Part shown: positions 51,591 through 64,000 of the stretch, in pieces
How positions within the stretch are numbered: position 1 is the stretch's first letter
Layout of the letters: the number at the start of each line of letters is the position of its first letter
Assembly: GCF_009914755.1 (NCBI RefSeq)
Contig: NC_060928.1
DNA: 64,000 nucleotides
Direction: 5' to 3' (one strand)
From: the human T2T-CHM13v2.0 reference genome, Homo sapiens
Program-made: the position numbers and the translations under genes
The notes under the pieces: generated by a model
What the model saw: only the letters and a program-made list of their open reading frames with translations
What the model was told of the DNA's origin: nothing
Databases searched by the model: none

Positions 51591-52859
51591 GAAGGCAGAA
51601 ACTACCCATAAACTATAATAGCTATAGCCCCACTAACAGCCCAGTCCAGTTCAGCAGGGCTACCCAGGGGCCCTTCTTCCTCCATCCCATGGTGGCCTGC
51701 CCTGATCCCTGGCACCCAACCCTGTGCCCTGACAGTGTGGAAGGGCACTAGTGGTTCCTGGGGAAGGTGGTAGGAGATGGGGAGCTCCGAGGGGAGATCG
51801 CATGGCTCCCAGGGGGTCCCATGGGCAGAAGGGACTTGATACCCACTCCGGACCTCCGTGTCCCCTGTCCTTCCACTCAGCCTCATGGCAGGGCCGAGGG
51901 AAGCTCCCCGCAGCAGCCCCAGCCCTAGGCCAGGTTCTGATCCCAGAGGGGAGCTGGGCAGGAGGCTCTCTCTGGCAGCTCGCCTGCCCTGGGTTCCAGG
52001 TCTCCAAGCCTCGGCCTCCCTGCCCACCTCCCTGTCGGGAAAGGCGGCAGCTGCCTGCCCGGAGTGCTGTGGGGAACAGGCGGTGTGGATCTGAGACTGT
52101 GCTGGGAATGTCCTCTCTGCCGAAGGCGCCTCTGCCATTTTCCGAGTACCTGCAAGGGAGACGCAGGAGACGCGGGTGTGAGCGGGGCCATGGGCAACCT
52201 GCGGAGGCCCTGCACCCAGGATGGGCCTCCCTCCCAGGCACCCTCTGCCACTCACCCACACAGGCCCCAGCAAGCCAGGCTGCCCAGCTCTGAGTCACCG
52301 CCAGGGCTGGGCTGGGCCGGGCCGTCAGCCGCACGCGCCGCTTGTCTCGGCCCCTGCCTCCCATACTCACCTTCAGGGGGGACCCCTGGGTATGGGCCTC
52401 AGGAGGTGGGTGGGGGTGCAGGGGGAGTGGGTAGGGAGGTGTAAACCGGAGTCCAGCAGATGGGAAGTTCCTGTCCGGCCGGCACCTGCTTGGAGCCTCC
52501 TGCACATGCGGACCCTCAACAGGCTCCCCGAGTCCTCGCCTGCCCTCCCTGCCTCAAAGGCCCCAGAAGGGCCTACTTCATCAGGTGCCACGAGGATGAA
52601 GCCAGGTAATATTGCAAAGGGTCTGTGGAAACGCTTGAGCAAGGGCACTGTGATGAAATTGTGGCTACTGACAGCTAATGTGCAGAGTCACCGAAATTCA
52701 GGAGTCAAGCAGCCGGCCTGGCCTCACCTCAGTGTCGGGGGAATGCCATCTGCACCTGTGGGCTTGGAAGTGATCCATTTGAACAATACAATTATTCAGA
52801 CAATACTAAACCGAGCTTTCAGGCAAGACCTCCCGTGGCCCTGACAGTCCTGGGGCAGA

Positions 52860-52980
52860 GTGGGCAGCAACTCCTTGCTGGTGGCCGTGGCGGCACTAGG
52901 ACCCTTTTGAAACCAATTTGGCAAAATTAGCGGCACCACGGAAATGCTCCTGCCCTTTGACCTAACTGCTCCCAGACAGT
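52860..52980 (+). mobile_element. Old L1 (L1ME-like) 3' fragment
   Basis: CTTTTGAAACCAATTTGGCAAAA...CCCTTTGACCTAAC resembles the L1M 3' end. Confidence 0.5.
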
Positions 52981-53040
52981 GCCACTGGAGAAGCCATTCA
53001 GAATGTGGAGGGCGCCAGAGGAGGCAGCTGCCACGCAGTG

Positions 53041-53475
53041 CGTAGTGGGCAGAACGGCGGCCTCCAAAAGACATAGTCATGTCCTCACCCCTTGCAGCCT
53101 GTGAACGTGACCGTATTTGGAAAAGGATCTTTGCAAATGTAATTAAGGTGAGAATCTTGAGATGGGGGATCCTCTTGGATTATCCAAGTGGGCCCTATAT
53201 CCAACGACAAGTGTCTGTATAAGAGATGGAAGAGAAGATGGCAGAGTGGGAAGCAGAGGCTGGAGCAATGAGGCTGCGAGCCAAGGGACTTGGAGCCCTG
53301 GGACACTTGGAGCCCCCAGGAGCTGGAAAAGGCAGGAAAGATCTTCCCTGGAGCCTTCAGAGGCAGTGCAGCCCTGCCTACACCTTGATTCCAGACATCT
53401 GCTCTTCCAGACTATGAGAAAGTAAATTTAAGTCAATTAGTGTGCAGTAATTTGTGAGGGCAACCTAGAAATACA
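53041..53475 (+). mobile_element. MaLR LTR (MLT1B/C/D-like)
   Basis: CCTGTGAACGTGACCGTATTTGGAAAAGGATCTTTGCAAATGTAATTAAG...GGATTATCC...GGAGCTGGAAAAGGCAGGAA...CAGCCCTGCC..CACCTTGATT hallmarks. Confidence 0.85.
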
Positions 53476-54078
53476 AGATGCTACTGAACTAAGGAATCCC
53501 CGGCTGCTACTGGAGGGAGAGGTGGTGGGCCTGGGCCAGGGCTGCGGGGACAAAGGGAGGGAGTGGGTTGTGAAAGTGCCTGGTCCCCAGTCCCTCCTCC
53601 TGCCAGCACTGCCCACTGGTCAAACCCACCCAGAAGCTGGAGAGCAAGGGACCCTCAGAGATAGGGTCTGTAGGATCAGGCTTTCAAGGACAAATGGGAG
53701 AGGGGCTGGGGAAGGGACACATGGGGACCAGACCCCTACTGGGCATTTCTGCCAAGGAGAGGATCCTGGTGAGGAAGAAAGCAGAAAGCTATGTGTTCAC
53801 AGATGCACGGATGCTCCCCTCCCAGAGACCCGTGGCCGTGGGTGCAGAGGGAGTCAGTCCTTCTTGGAGGTACTGGGAAAGGAGCCTACAGCTCCACTGA
53901 GCCCTTCTGCCTACAGGAGGGGCCCCACTCAGCAGCTGTTCCCTGAGGGAGACCTGTCCACGCGTGAGCTCCTTCCCACAGTCCCATCCAGTCCCCCAGG
54001 GGAAGGGGCAAGACGGTCAGGTCAGGACCCACACGCATGCTGGTGCTTTCAGAACCTGATGACTTAGTTGGTTAAGAG

Positions 54079-54371
54079 AGCTCACACCTGCAATCCCAGC
54101 ACTTTGGGAGGCTGAGGCAGGTGGATCAGTTGAGGTCAGGAGTTCAAGACCAGCCTGGCCAACATGGTGAAGCCCCGTCTCTACTAACAATACAAAAATT
54201 AGCCGAGTGTGGTGGTGCACACCTGTAATCCTAGCTACTTGGGAGGCTGAGACAGGAGAATCACTTCAATCAGGGAGGCAGAGATTGCTTGAGCTGAGAC
54301 TGTGCCACTGCACTCCAGCCTGGGTGACAGAGCGAGACTCCCTCTCAAAAAAAAAAAAAAAAAAAAAAAAA
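54079..54371 (+). mobile_element. AluS, slightly 5'-truncated, long poly(A) tail
   Basis: Alu dimer sequence ending in ~25 A. Confidence 0.92.
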
Positions 54372-55771
54372 GAGCAGGGCCAATGTGCTGCTGTGCCTTG
54401 GGGAACGGTGTCCTGGGAGCGGACCTGGCTGGCAGTGACCTGGGGCTGTGCACTGGAGGGGGCTGGACAGTGCACTTGGAGGTGGGTGAGCCTGGGCCCC
54501 AAGACGGTCTGGGGACATGGGCTTGGCCAGAGCAGGAAATGAGGGTGGCCAAGGACAGGTGCTGAGCCACCGAGTCGGCACAGAGGGGTGGGCATGAGGG
54601 CTTCCTGGGAGCAGGGCCCTTCCAAGTCCCTGAGGTCAGCCCAGGGACACCCTGGCCTCTGGGAGATTCATGGTGGAGCTGTGCATGGGCTGGGTGGGGT
54701 CAGCAGGCAGCCAGTCACTGAGGGGCTTTCAGCGCCCATTTTCCTGATGAGCACCTCCAGTCCTGGAAGCCACAAGCCAGGCACGCAGCCCACCCGGCCG
54801 GCCCTCCCGGCCAGCTCACTGGCTCCCATGGGCCCCGGACCTCCTTGGGCTTTGCCTGAAGGTGGGAGCAGATGGCCTTTTCCTTGTGAGGGTGGACACA
54901 GAAGCCAACAGTCATGTGGGGTGAGGGGACCCAGGCACCTCCAGCGTCCCCCGCAGGGCAGCACCTTCCCCTCCTGGGAACCCACCCCTCTTCAGCTGGA
55001 CTCTGAGCCCACCCCGTGGAGCCCAGAACCTCGGGCCAGCTCAGGCTCTGCCACCAGCTCTCTGTCATCCTCCCTCAGAGCCGGGCTGTGCTCCCCAAGC
55101 CAGGGGTATCCAGCCCCCGCTCTTCATCCTAGGCCGGGCAGGCAGCCAGCCCCAGGCCTGTGTCCTCCTTGGGGGGCGGGGGGTAGGGACCCCTCGCGCG
55201 GGGCTCTCAGGCGGCTTAGCTGCGTGCGGCCCCAGGTCAGTCAACGCAGCCTCTGCACCTCGCCGGTCAGGTACGCAGGCCGCGCCGGGCTGCCCCAGAC
55301 CTGCGGCGCACACGGGAGGCTCAGCCTGGAATGCCGTCCTGCCCTCCTCCACCTGAGGAATTGCCGCTCACACCACAGGGTTCAGCTCCGCGGCATCTCG
55401 GCGAAGCCTCCTGACATCCCGACCCCCGCCGAGACCTCCCCTCTGAGCTCCTGAGCACAGCCCCAGGGGACCCGAGCTGCGCGCTATGCAAACACAGGCC
55501 TGCCCTCGCCCTCGGTGCGCCCCGTGCCCGCCGCCCCCTGGGCCGCCCCGCGGTGCGACTAGGGGCCTAGCCCGCCTGCCCCGGCTCCCACGCCCTCGAG
55601 ACCGCCGGGCGCCCCCGCCCGGCCACGCCCCCTCGGATGCCCCGCTCCGCCCCGAGGGGGCGTGCCCTGCGCCCCCGCGAGCCGGGCGGGGACCGGGCGG
55701 GAGCGGGGCGGGGCCGGGGCGGGGCGCGGACCGTCCCCCACTGGCTGCGGCGCGCGGGGCAGCCCAGGCTC

Positions 55772-55944
55772 AGTGCGCGGTGGCGGCGGCGTCGCGGGCA
55801 GCTGGCGCCGCGCGGTCCTGCTCTGCCGGTCGCACGGACGCACCGGCGGGCCGCCGGCCGGAGGGACGGGGCGGGAGCTGGGCCCGCGGACAGCGAGCCG
55901 GAGCGGGAGCCGCGCGTAGCGAGCCGGGCTCCGGCGCTCGCCAG
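55772..55944 (+). other. FGFR3: FGFR3 non-coding exon 1 (5' UTR; TSS approximate)
   Basis: Matches the FGFR3 mRNA 5' UTR as recalled. Donor CCAG|GTCCGT at 55944/5. Confidence 0.82.
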
Positions 55945-56367
55945 GTCCGTGCTTGGGGCCGGGCAGGCTCGCGGAGGGGTCCAACGGTGCTCGCGGAGGG
56001 GTCGGGGCGCGGCTGTCGCGGAACCACAGAGGTCCCTGCAGCGGGCCGGGCCGGGGCGCGGGCTTCCCGCTCAGGAAAGTTTGCCGCCGCCGCCGCCCTG
56101 GGAGGGCTTTGCAGCAGCCAGGGAGGGAAGGGGGAGGAGGGAGGGACCGCGGCGGGGAGGAGGCGGCCGGCGCCAGGCGGCCCGGGAGCCCTGGGCGGCG
56201 GCGGCGGCGGGCGGGGCGGCTGGGGGTCGGAGGGGTCGGGACGCAGGAGCCGGCCACCGCCGCTTTCGTCCCTGTCCGCCCCTCTAACGAGCTGCCTTCC
56301 TCCTCCTGCAGTCTCCCGAGCGGCGCCCGCCTCCCGCCGGTGCCCGCGCCGGGCCGTGGGGGGCAGC

Positions 56368-56388
56368 ATGCCCGCGCGCGCTGCCTGA
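56368..56388 (+). other. Upstream ORF in the FGFR3 5' UTR (MPARAA-stop)
   Basis: AGCATGC (A at -3), TGA at 56386-56388, inside exon 2 (starts 56312), 25 nt before the main ATG. Confidence 0.75.
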
Positions 56389-56413
56389 GGACGCCGCGGC
56401 CCCCGCCCCCGCC

Positions 56414-56522
56414 ATGGGCGCCCCTGCCTGCGCCCTCGCGCTCTGCGTGGCCGTGGCCATCGTGGCCGGCGCCTCCTCGGAGTCCTTGGGGACGGAGCAG
56501 CGCGTCGTGGGGCGAGCGGCAG
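56414..56522 (+). CDS. FGFR3: FGFR3 exon 2 coding part: signal peptide [22 protein letters not shown]...
   Basis: GCCATGG Kozak context, hydrophobic signal peptide, AG|GTAAGA donor, 109 coding nt. Acceptor TCCTGCAG at 56311 with CTAAC branch point. Confidence 0.97.
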
Positions 56523-58699
56523 GTAAGAAGGGACCCACTAGGCACGGGAGAGGCCGGCCCGTGCGGGCAGAGGCGTTGGGGACGGGAACCGGCCCCGGGT
56601 CGGAGGGGCCGCCGGGTGTGAGTGACGCCCCGGGGTTAGAGCCCGGATTCCGCTGCCTCCTTGCCGGAGAGCGCGGCCAGAGCTAGCGCGGCGACTTGTG
56701 GTGCGCCCGGAGCCGCAGCTACCCTCCAAGTGCGAGGCCACCACGGGGAGCCAGGCTGGGGGTTGGCGTCCGCAGCCCCGATCCCCTGCGACTCCCTAGC
56801 CCTGGCCTGTCGGGAGGGCGCGGGGGGCCCCATTTCCACGATTCCCGCTGTTGTTATTCGGGTTCTGCGCAGACGGAAAGTTCCCATTGTTGGCGTCCCC
56901 CTCCCCCGGGCCCCAGTTTGTGGCCAGCTTCAGCCAAGGCGAGAGACCGGACTTCTAAGGGTGGGTGTGCGCGTCAGCGAAGCCCGGCCCCTGCCCGCCC
57001 GAAGAGGCAGCAGCCTCCAGCGTCCCCGCTGCCGACCCTGCCCCTGCCTGGGGGCCGAGGGCGCTTCCCCGTGGGTGCGCGCCGAGCTCCAGGCAAGCGA
57101 GGGGCGCGTGTCCCAGCGTCGCGGGCCCTAGACTGGGCTGGCGGTCCAGGTCCCGCGGGACGTCGAGGGTCTGAAGGGAGGTCCCAAGGGGCGAGGGGAG
57201 GGGAAGGGGCGCCCGGCCGGACCTGCACACGCGCCGCGGTTCCTCGTGGGCCGGGCCGAGAGCTCCGGTGCCGCCGCCGCGTACACCCGCAGCCGGCTCC
57301 GGACGGGCGAGGGGGGCGCGCACAGCTCAGCCCGGCGGCCGCGCGGAGGGAGGCCTTGGCCCGGTGAGCTCGCGCCCCACCCGGGCCGAGGCCCGAACAG
57401 CCGCTTCTTTGTACCTCGACGCGGCCACAGACCGCGCATTGATGGCGGCTCGGCGGCTCGCGGGGAGGTGTGAGCGACCGCGGGCGCGGCGGGCCGGGGA
57501 GGGCGCCTGGAGGGCCGAGGCAGATGGCGTCCGCCCCGCCCGCGCCCCCGCGCCCCTTTCTCCGTCGGCGGCTGCAGCCTCCCGGAACAATGTCATTTTT
57601 TTTATGAATGAAAGTGGCCCGGCGCTTGAATGTGCGTGTCATTCAGCGGCGTGACAGGGGCCGTCGGGAGGTCAGCGCGCGCTTTTAGCGTCTGCTCGGG
57701 CGGCCCCGCTTCCAGGGGTGCCGGAGGGGCGGCCGCGGGGGGAGCTTGGCTTTCGCATTCTCATTCAGATAAAGATATTACTCCCTACGGCCCGGGAATG
57801 TCAGCCAGCCCCGGGGAAGGGCGGCGGCCAGGCTGCGGAGCCTCTCCTGGACCCCCTGCGGGCGCGCGGGGCCTCCCCCAGTCGCTCCTGGAACGCCCCG
57901 CCCACCCCTCCCCCGGGGCGGCGCCCCCGCCCGCACTGGAGCTGGTGAAACAGGTAGTGAGTTGATCGGTCAATAAACTTAATCCGGTTCCTTAACAAGA
58001 TGGGCCGGGCAGTAAAAATACAAAGACCTCGTGAAATGGACTGAGGTCTAGGCTGGCGCTTGCCCGGGAACATAAATTATGGAGCCTTGGCTCGCAGGGG
58101 TCAAGGGCGGTGGGAAAGGTTTTGGCCACTGGACTGCCCTGGCCACCCCAGGCCCTGCCAGGACAGCCCCCATCTCCCCAGGGGGCCGTATTCCTGGTTG
58201 GGACCTGGAGTGACCCCCCAGGGTGCAGGGAGGTACACAAGGTCGGCTCTCCCACAGTCCCACCCCACCCAGCAGGGGTCTGGGGGTGCAGGGCCTTTCC
58301 CGAAGGTGCTGGCTGCAACCTCCCCCACTCCTCCTCTGCAGGGCTGGACTTTGAGCCGCGTGGGCCTCTGGGTGGTTCATTAACCTGGGCTGAGCCTGGC
58401 CTCCAGGTCCTTGTGTGAGCCTAGGAACCCCTTGTTACCCACCCCCCAGCTCCCCAGCCCTCAGGTCTCACTTGGGGCTAGATCTGGGGCTGTGGCACCC
58501 CTTGTTACAGCTGAGCTTGAGTGGGAGCCCAGGGGCTTGGGGTCTCCTGGAGGACGGGGATCTAAAGTCACCTCATCTAGGGAGGCATGCAGCCCTCACC
58601 TGAGTGATTCAGGAGTGAATGAGCCAGGAGTGGAGCCACCTTTGGTGGGGTAGGGGTCAGCCTGGACCTCTAGGCTGCCAGCTCAGGCTCGGGTGCCCT

Positions 58700-58770
58700 C
58701 TTCGAACCTCAGTTTCCTTACCTGTCCAAGAGAACCGATAATGGCAGGCTGTTTGAAGGATTAGGCCAGA
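58700..58770 (+). mobile_element. MIR fragment in FGFR3 intron 2
   Basis: AACCTCAGTTTCCTTACCTGT...GATAAT...TGAAGGATTA MIR core. Confidence 0.55.
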
Positions 58771-61680
58771 TAACCCTGGCAAGCCCTCTTTAGCCTGCCC
58801 AGCCTCCAGATCCCTTTTTTCCGGACTTTATTGTGAAACTCCAGGTGGGGAGACAGGGAGGCTGGACTTTTGGGGGCCCCCTCCTCTTAGGCTATTTTAT
58901 AGCTCCTACCTGGCAATACCTCCTGTACCCCAGAGAGCTGCAGAGAACTTCATGTGCATCCGAAACCAGAATGTGTTGTTTCCTGACCCCAGGCCCTCAT
59001 CTCACCCCAAAACCCAAATAAACCCCTGGGGCAGCCAGCTCCGGAAGCGAGTCTGGATTTGATCCTTGTTCTCTGGGGTCAACCCGAGGGGCTTATGATG
59101 GAGCAAGGCTCCCCCATCCTCTCAGCCATGCTCCCTCACATGCACTGGGCCTCCACTGCAGAGACCCAGAGCCTGGAGAAAGGTTCCCCAGGCCAGAGTT
59201 TGGCCGTCCCCAGCACCCTGCCTAATGGACATCAGTCTTGGGGCCAGAGACCCAGGGCAGGGAGCGCCTCTCACCCCTACCCTCACTCCTGCAGCCATTT
59301 CAGGGCCTGGTGCCCTCCCTGAGCTCCTGGGCCTGTGGGGTGGGATTTTTACTTTGTGCCACAGTGGGGGAAACTGAGGTACAGGACCAGTGAGTGGCAG
59401 AGTTGTGGAGACTCTGGGACACAGCAGAGGGCTGTCGTTGGCATGTGGAGCCCAAGTTGAGGTCGGCACTGTGTGGGGTTGGGGCGCCGGCAGGAGCACG
59501 TGTTGTGGGATCCATAGAAGGGTGGGAGGTGGGACGCGTTGCCTCCTACCCCGCCTTGGGTACAGCAGGAGTTTTGTCTCCAACGTGTTTGGGCACCAGT
59601 GTCTGTGTGGTGTCAGTGGGGCCTCCCTTTTGTGGATCAAGAAAGAAAGAACCCTTCCTAGGGCTGCTGGGGGGCTATAGCTCTCCCCATGCCTGGCAGC
59701 TGGGTGGGGTATGGGGGCTCCACCCAACTGCTGACTTCCCAGTGGGAGTCAGACCCTGAACTTATAGCACCCACTCATGCCCCGTGTCACACTGTCCTTC
59801 ACCTGGTGCTCGCCACCCAGCCCCTGCTGGGGTACCCTGGCCTCTGCTGGCACCTAGCAGGCAGGCAGTGGGGGGGGCAGTCAGGGCTGCACCCTCCCCA
59901 CCACACACGGGCAGATGGCCACTGGTGTGGCTGGCCTGGGGCTGCTGTGTCCCCCGTCCCCCCGTGCTGGACCAGGCTGAAGCAAATACTTGTGTGGATG
60001 GCTTGACCTGTTGTCGCCACTCAGACCAAACCGGAACCAACCGGCTGTTGCCCTTGGGCCAGGGCCTGCAGCTGAGGCTGCCATAACCAGCCTGTTCTCG
60101 GCCTTCTGGGGGGCCTCGAGCAGCTCCCAGCTCTGGGTGGTCCCCACAAGACACTGGCCAGGACCGGAGGGCTGGAGGTCAGGCCAGGAGCCCCCCTGAC
60201 TGCGGGGTCCCTACAGGGGCAGTCCTTGAGCTGTGGGTCCCGGTGGGGCGAGGGCTCCTTCGGATGCTTCAGGGGATGAGTGTGGGCCCTTCTGGCTGGC
60301 AGGGTCACCCTGGGCACTAGGCGTGTGTGGCTGGATCAGGTGGGTTGGGCAGAAGAGGGCCTGGCCGGGCAGCCAGGGACTGGTGTGGCCAGAGTGGGCA
60401 GCTGGGCCCCCGAATCTAGGCCACGCGTCTGCAGAATGACAAGTGATGGCGCAACCCGCCCAGCTGGGTCTGAAGAAGGAGGCTGCCTGGGGGACCACCC
60501 ACCCCCGTCCCGGCCCCAAGCCCGGGACGCCTGCCTGCATGCATTGTCTGGCCCTGGCAGGGAAGCCTAGGGGCGATTGTCCCCCCAGCCCTGCCCATGG
60601 TGTGTCCTTGGGTCACAGGCTTTGGTGGCTCTGGGGAGCTGGGCAGCTACTGGGGAGGGACCCAGGGGCCACCTGCACATCTGCCCCTGTGGGTGGGCCC
60701 CCACCCCAGCTTCTCAGCCCCCAGGGAGGGGCCAGGGCTGCTGACCTGCCCTGGCTCTCACAGCTTCCTGCCCCCAGCCTGGTCGTCCTCTGTGAGGGGG
60801 CCCCAGTCCCCCTGCAGGCAGCAGGACTCCACCCCCCGGCCCCCTTGAGGGCCCGCCTGGGCCTCCCCACTCCCCGGCCTGTGAGACCCACTTGGCCGGA
60901 CCCAGCGCCGTGTTTGTACTTTGCTCTTCTCGGTATGTTTTCCGTCATGACCGCCGTGTGGAGCTTCCATAGGAGCTGCAGGATACAGAACCTTGCCCAC
61001 CCCAAGGAGCCCCCACCCCCGCCCCGGCCCCCTCGCGCTGCTCCGGCCTGTGCTCTGACCGGTGAACCCGCGCATCGCCCCCCAGACCGTCCACACGGCC
61101 ACGTGACCCTGCACCTCCTTCCTTCTCGCCTGTTCTGTTCCCTGGCTGTCCATCTGAACTGCTTTTCAGGCTCATATGGGGTGCGGGGGCTACTGAGGAC
61201 GGACCCCTCCTGGGGTGAATCTGCACCACGAGGGGGCTGGCTGGCCAACCCTGGCACCCCCTCTGAGCTCCATTTCAGTCAGAGGCCAGCAAAGGGCAGC
61301 CTGTCCCCTTTGCCCGCAGCACCTGCCCGTCGTGGTGCCGCCTGTGAGACAAGCATGGATTTTATGTTTCCAAGCAATTGAACAAATTAAAAGAACGAAG
61401 AGTCACATTTTGTGACACTTTGAGATTTGAATTCTCCGTGTCCATGAGTGAAGCATCATGGGGCCACTGCTGTGGGGTTGGCTGCAGGTTGTGTGGGGAA
61501 GGCGGCTGTCACACCGAGGCAGACCGGAGTCCTTGGGACAGACTGGTTGGCAAAGCTGAAGATAGAGACCTTTGGCCCTTTTGGGACACAGTTTCCAGCC
61601 CCTGGTCTGGTGGGACCCTGGATCTGGGTCAGAGCCTTCCTCACTCAGGGCCGCCGAGGCTTCCACTGCTGTGTCTGTAA

Positions 61681-62291
<611 letters not shown>

Positions 62292-63604
62292 GTAGGAGCA
62301 GGGTCCAGGGTTCAGGCCAGCCGGGGTGGGGCCCGCTGCCACCGCCAAGCCCTGCCCTTCACAGGCAGCTGAGGGACTAAGGCCCCGGAACAACCTCCCT
62401 GGGGTCACCCCGAAGGTCTGGTCCCCTCAGGATACAGGAGGGGCTGGGTCACTGACATGGCTCTAGATGCCCCACCCTGGTGGCAGGGCTGGGGTGCAAG
62501 GGGACACCGTGTTGCTGATGGGGAGACTGAGGCACAGGGCCCTGGGGGTTCCAGGAGCAGGAGGAGGCCAGGGCTGGCCTGTGGGGCTCTGGTGTTGGCT
62601 ATAGGTGAGGTGGACCCCGCAGACATTAGCGCAGCAGGGCAGGGCACTCAGGTGGCTGCCGTGGGGTGGATGGACCCGGGGTGAGGGCGCCGGGGCACCT
62701 GCCACAACCAGTGGCGGGCAGGGTGGCTGGCAGGAGGGTGGCTGGTGGGTGGGCTGCGGCTGTGAGAGAGCAGTCGGGGACGATGCCTGGCGTCCCGGCC
62801 TGGAACGGTGGCAGGTGGACTTTGCCAAGTTGTAGGGTGGGGAGGTGGGGCTTCTGGTTTTGGAGGGAGCTCTGAGGGGAGTGCGTGCAGGTGAGGGTCA
62901 TCGTGGCACAGACATGGGGGGCAGTTACGACTTGCGGACTGATGGTGTGTGCGCTGGGTCCCTGGGCCAGTGGGGTAAGCAGGTGAGGAAGGGAGGCTGA
63001 GTCCATGAGAGAAACAGCTGGGGGAACTCACCCTGGGGGTCTCCAGGAGGCCTGGGAGGGAGCTCAGCACCGTGGGGTGCCTCTTTCCAGCCTGTGTCCA
63101 CACTGCTGCTTGCTGGGCCTCAGTGCCCCTGATGGGCGTGTGCCTGGAGGGGGCTGGCAGTGAGCTCACTGAGGGGAGGGCTGCTTCCCTCCTGGGGAAT
63201 GCCAGCCCATCCTTGCCTGGAGTCCCGGCAGGAAGGCAGCACCAGCCCTGAGGAAGGAGAAAAACCAGTTGGGCTGTGAGAGGGGTGGTGGGAGCCCTGG
63301 ACATCGAGATGGGAGGAGGCAGGGCCTCCAGGGTGCCACCGTCTCTGGGTGCCCGCCAGACTTGGAGCTCTGCAGAGGGTGGTGTAGGGTCTTGATTTCC
63401 GTGGGCCCATGCTGCCCAGCTGCCTCCAAGGCTCCTGGCTCTGCAGGCGACTGGGCTCCTCTCCTGGTAAACTGCTCCCAGGTCCTGGCTTGTCCACTAG
63501 ATGGGCCTGCCCCCTGGGTCTTCAGTCTCCCCGTTGGTGGGCCTGGCCCTGGCACGCCTCTCTGGGCAGGTGGGCTCCCCTGGACAATGCCCTGTGCCCT
63601 GTGA

Positions 63605-64000
<396 letters not shown>

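Larger units (their letters stand above)
55180..57950. promoter_or_regulatory. FGFR3: FGFR3 promoter CpG island (TATA-less, multiple Sp1/KLF GC boxes, Inr-like TCAGTG at 55770)
   Basis: Extreme CpG density. GGGGCGGGG boxes at ~55704-55725. Spans exons 1-2. Confidence 0.93.

Overview
Human (primate) GC-rich genomic DNA recognisable as chromosome 4p16.3. It holds the last six coding exons and short 3' UTR of TACC3 (+ strand, 1528-~7000), a ~48.8 kb intergenic interval with no credible protein-coding gene, and then the CpG-island promoter and first five exons of FGFR3 (+ strand, TSS ~55772, ATG 56414, exon 5 cut by the window end). This is the gene pair whose tandem duplication makes the FGFR3-TACC3 oncogenic fusion. 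Nearly all ORFs in the track are artefacts of high GC content or tandem repeats. I see no new protein-coding system. The best leads are regulatory and structural. A solo LTR10-type ERV1 LTR with an AP-1 site and an inserted AluY lies in the TACC3 intron used by fusion breakpoints. FGFR3 has a 6-codon uORF, a duplicated splice donor in its acid-box exon and a NAGNAG acceptor. A strong CTCF motif sits beside a CCCCTCCCCA array. A chain of homeobox/SOX/octamer-rich islands upstream of FGFR3 are candidate enhancers. There is also a non-Alu ~135-bp inverted repeat flanking a possible antisense terminal exon, and several G4-prone VNTRs. Gene, exon-number and repeat-subfamily names come from recall, not from a database search.
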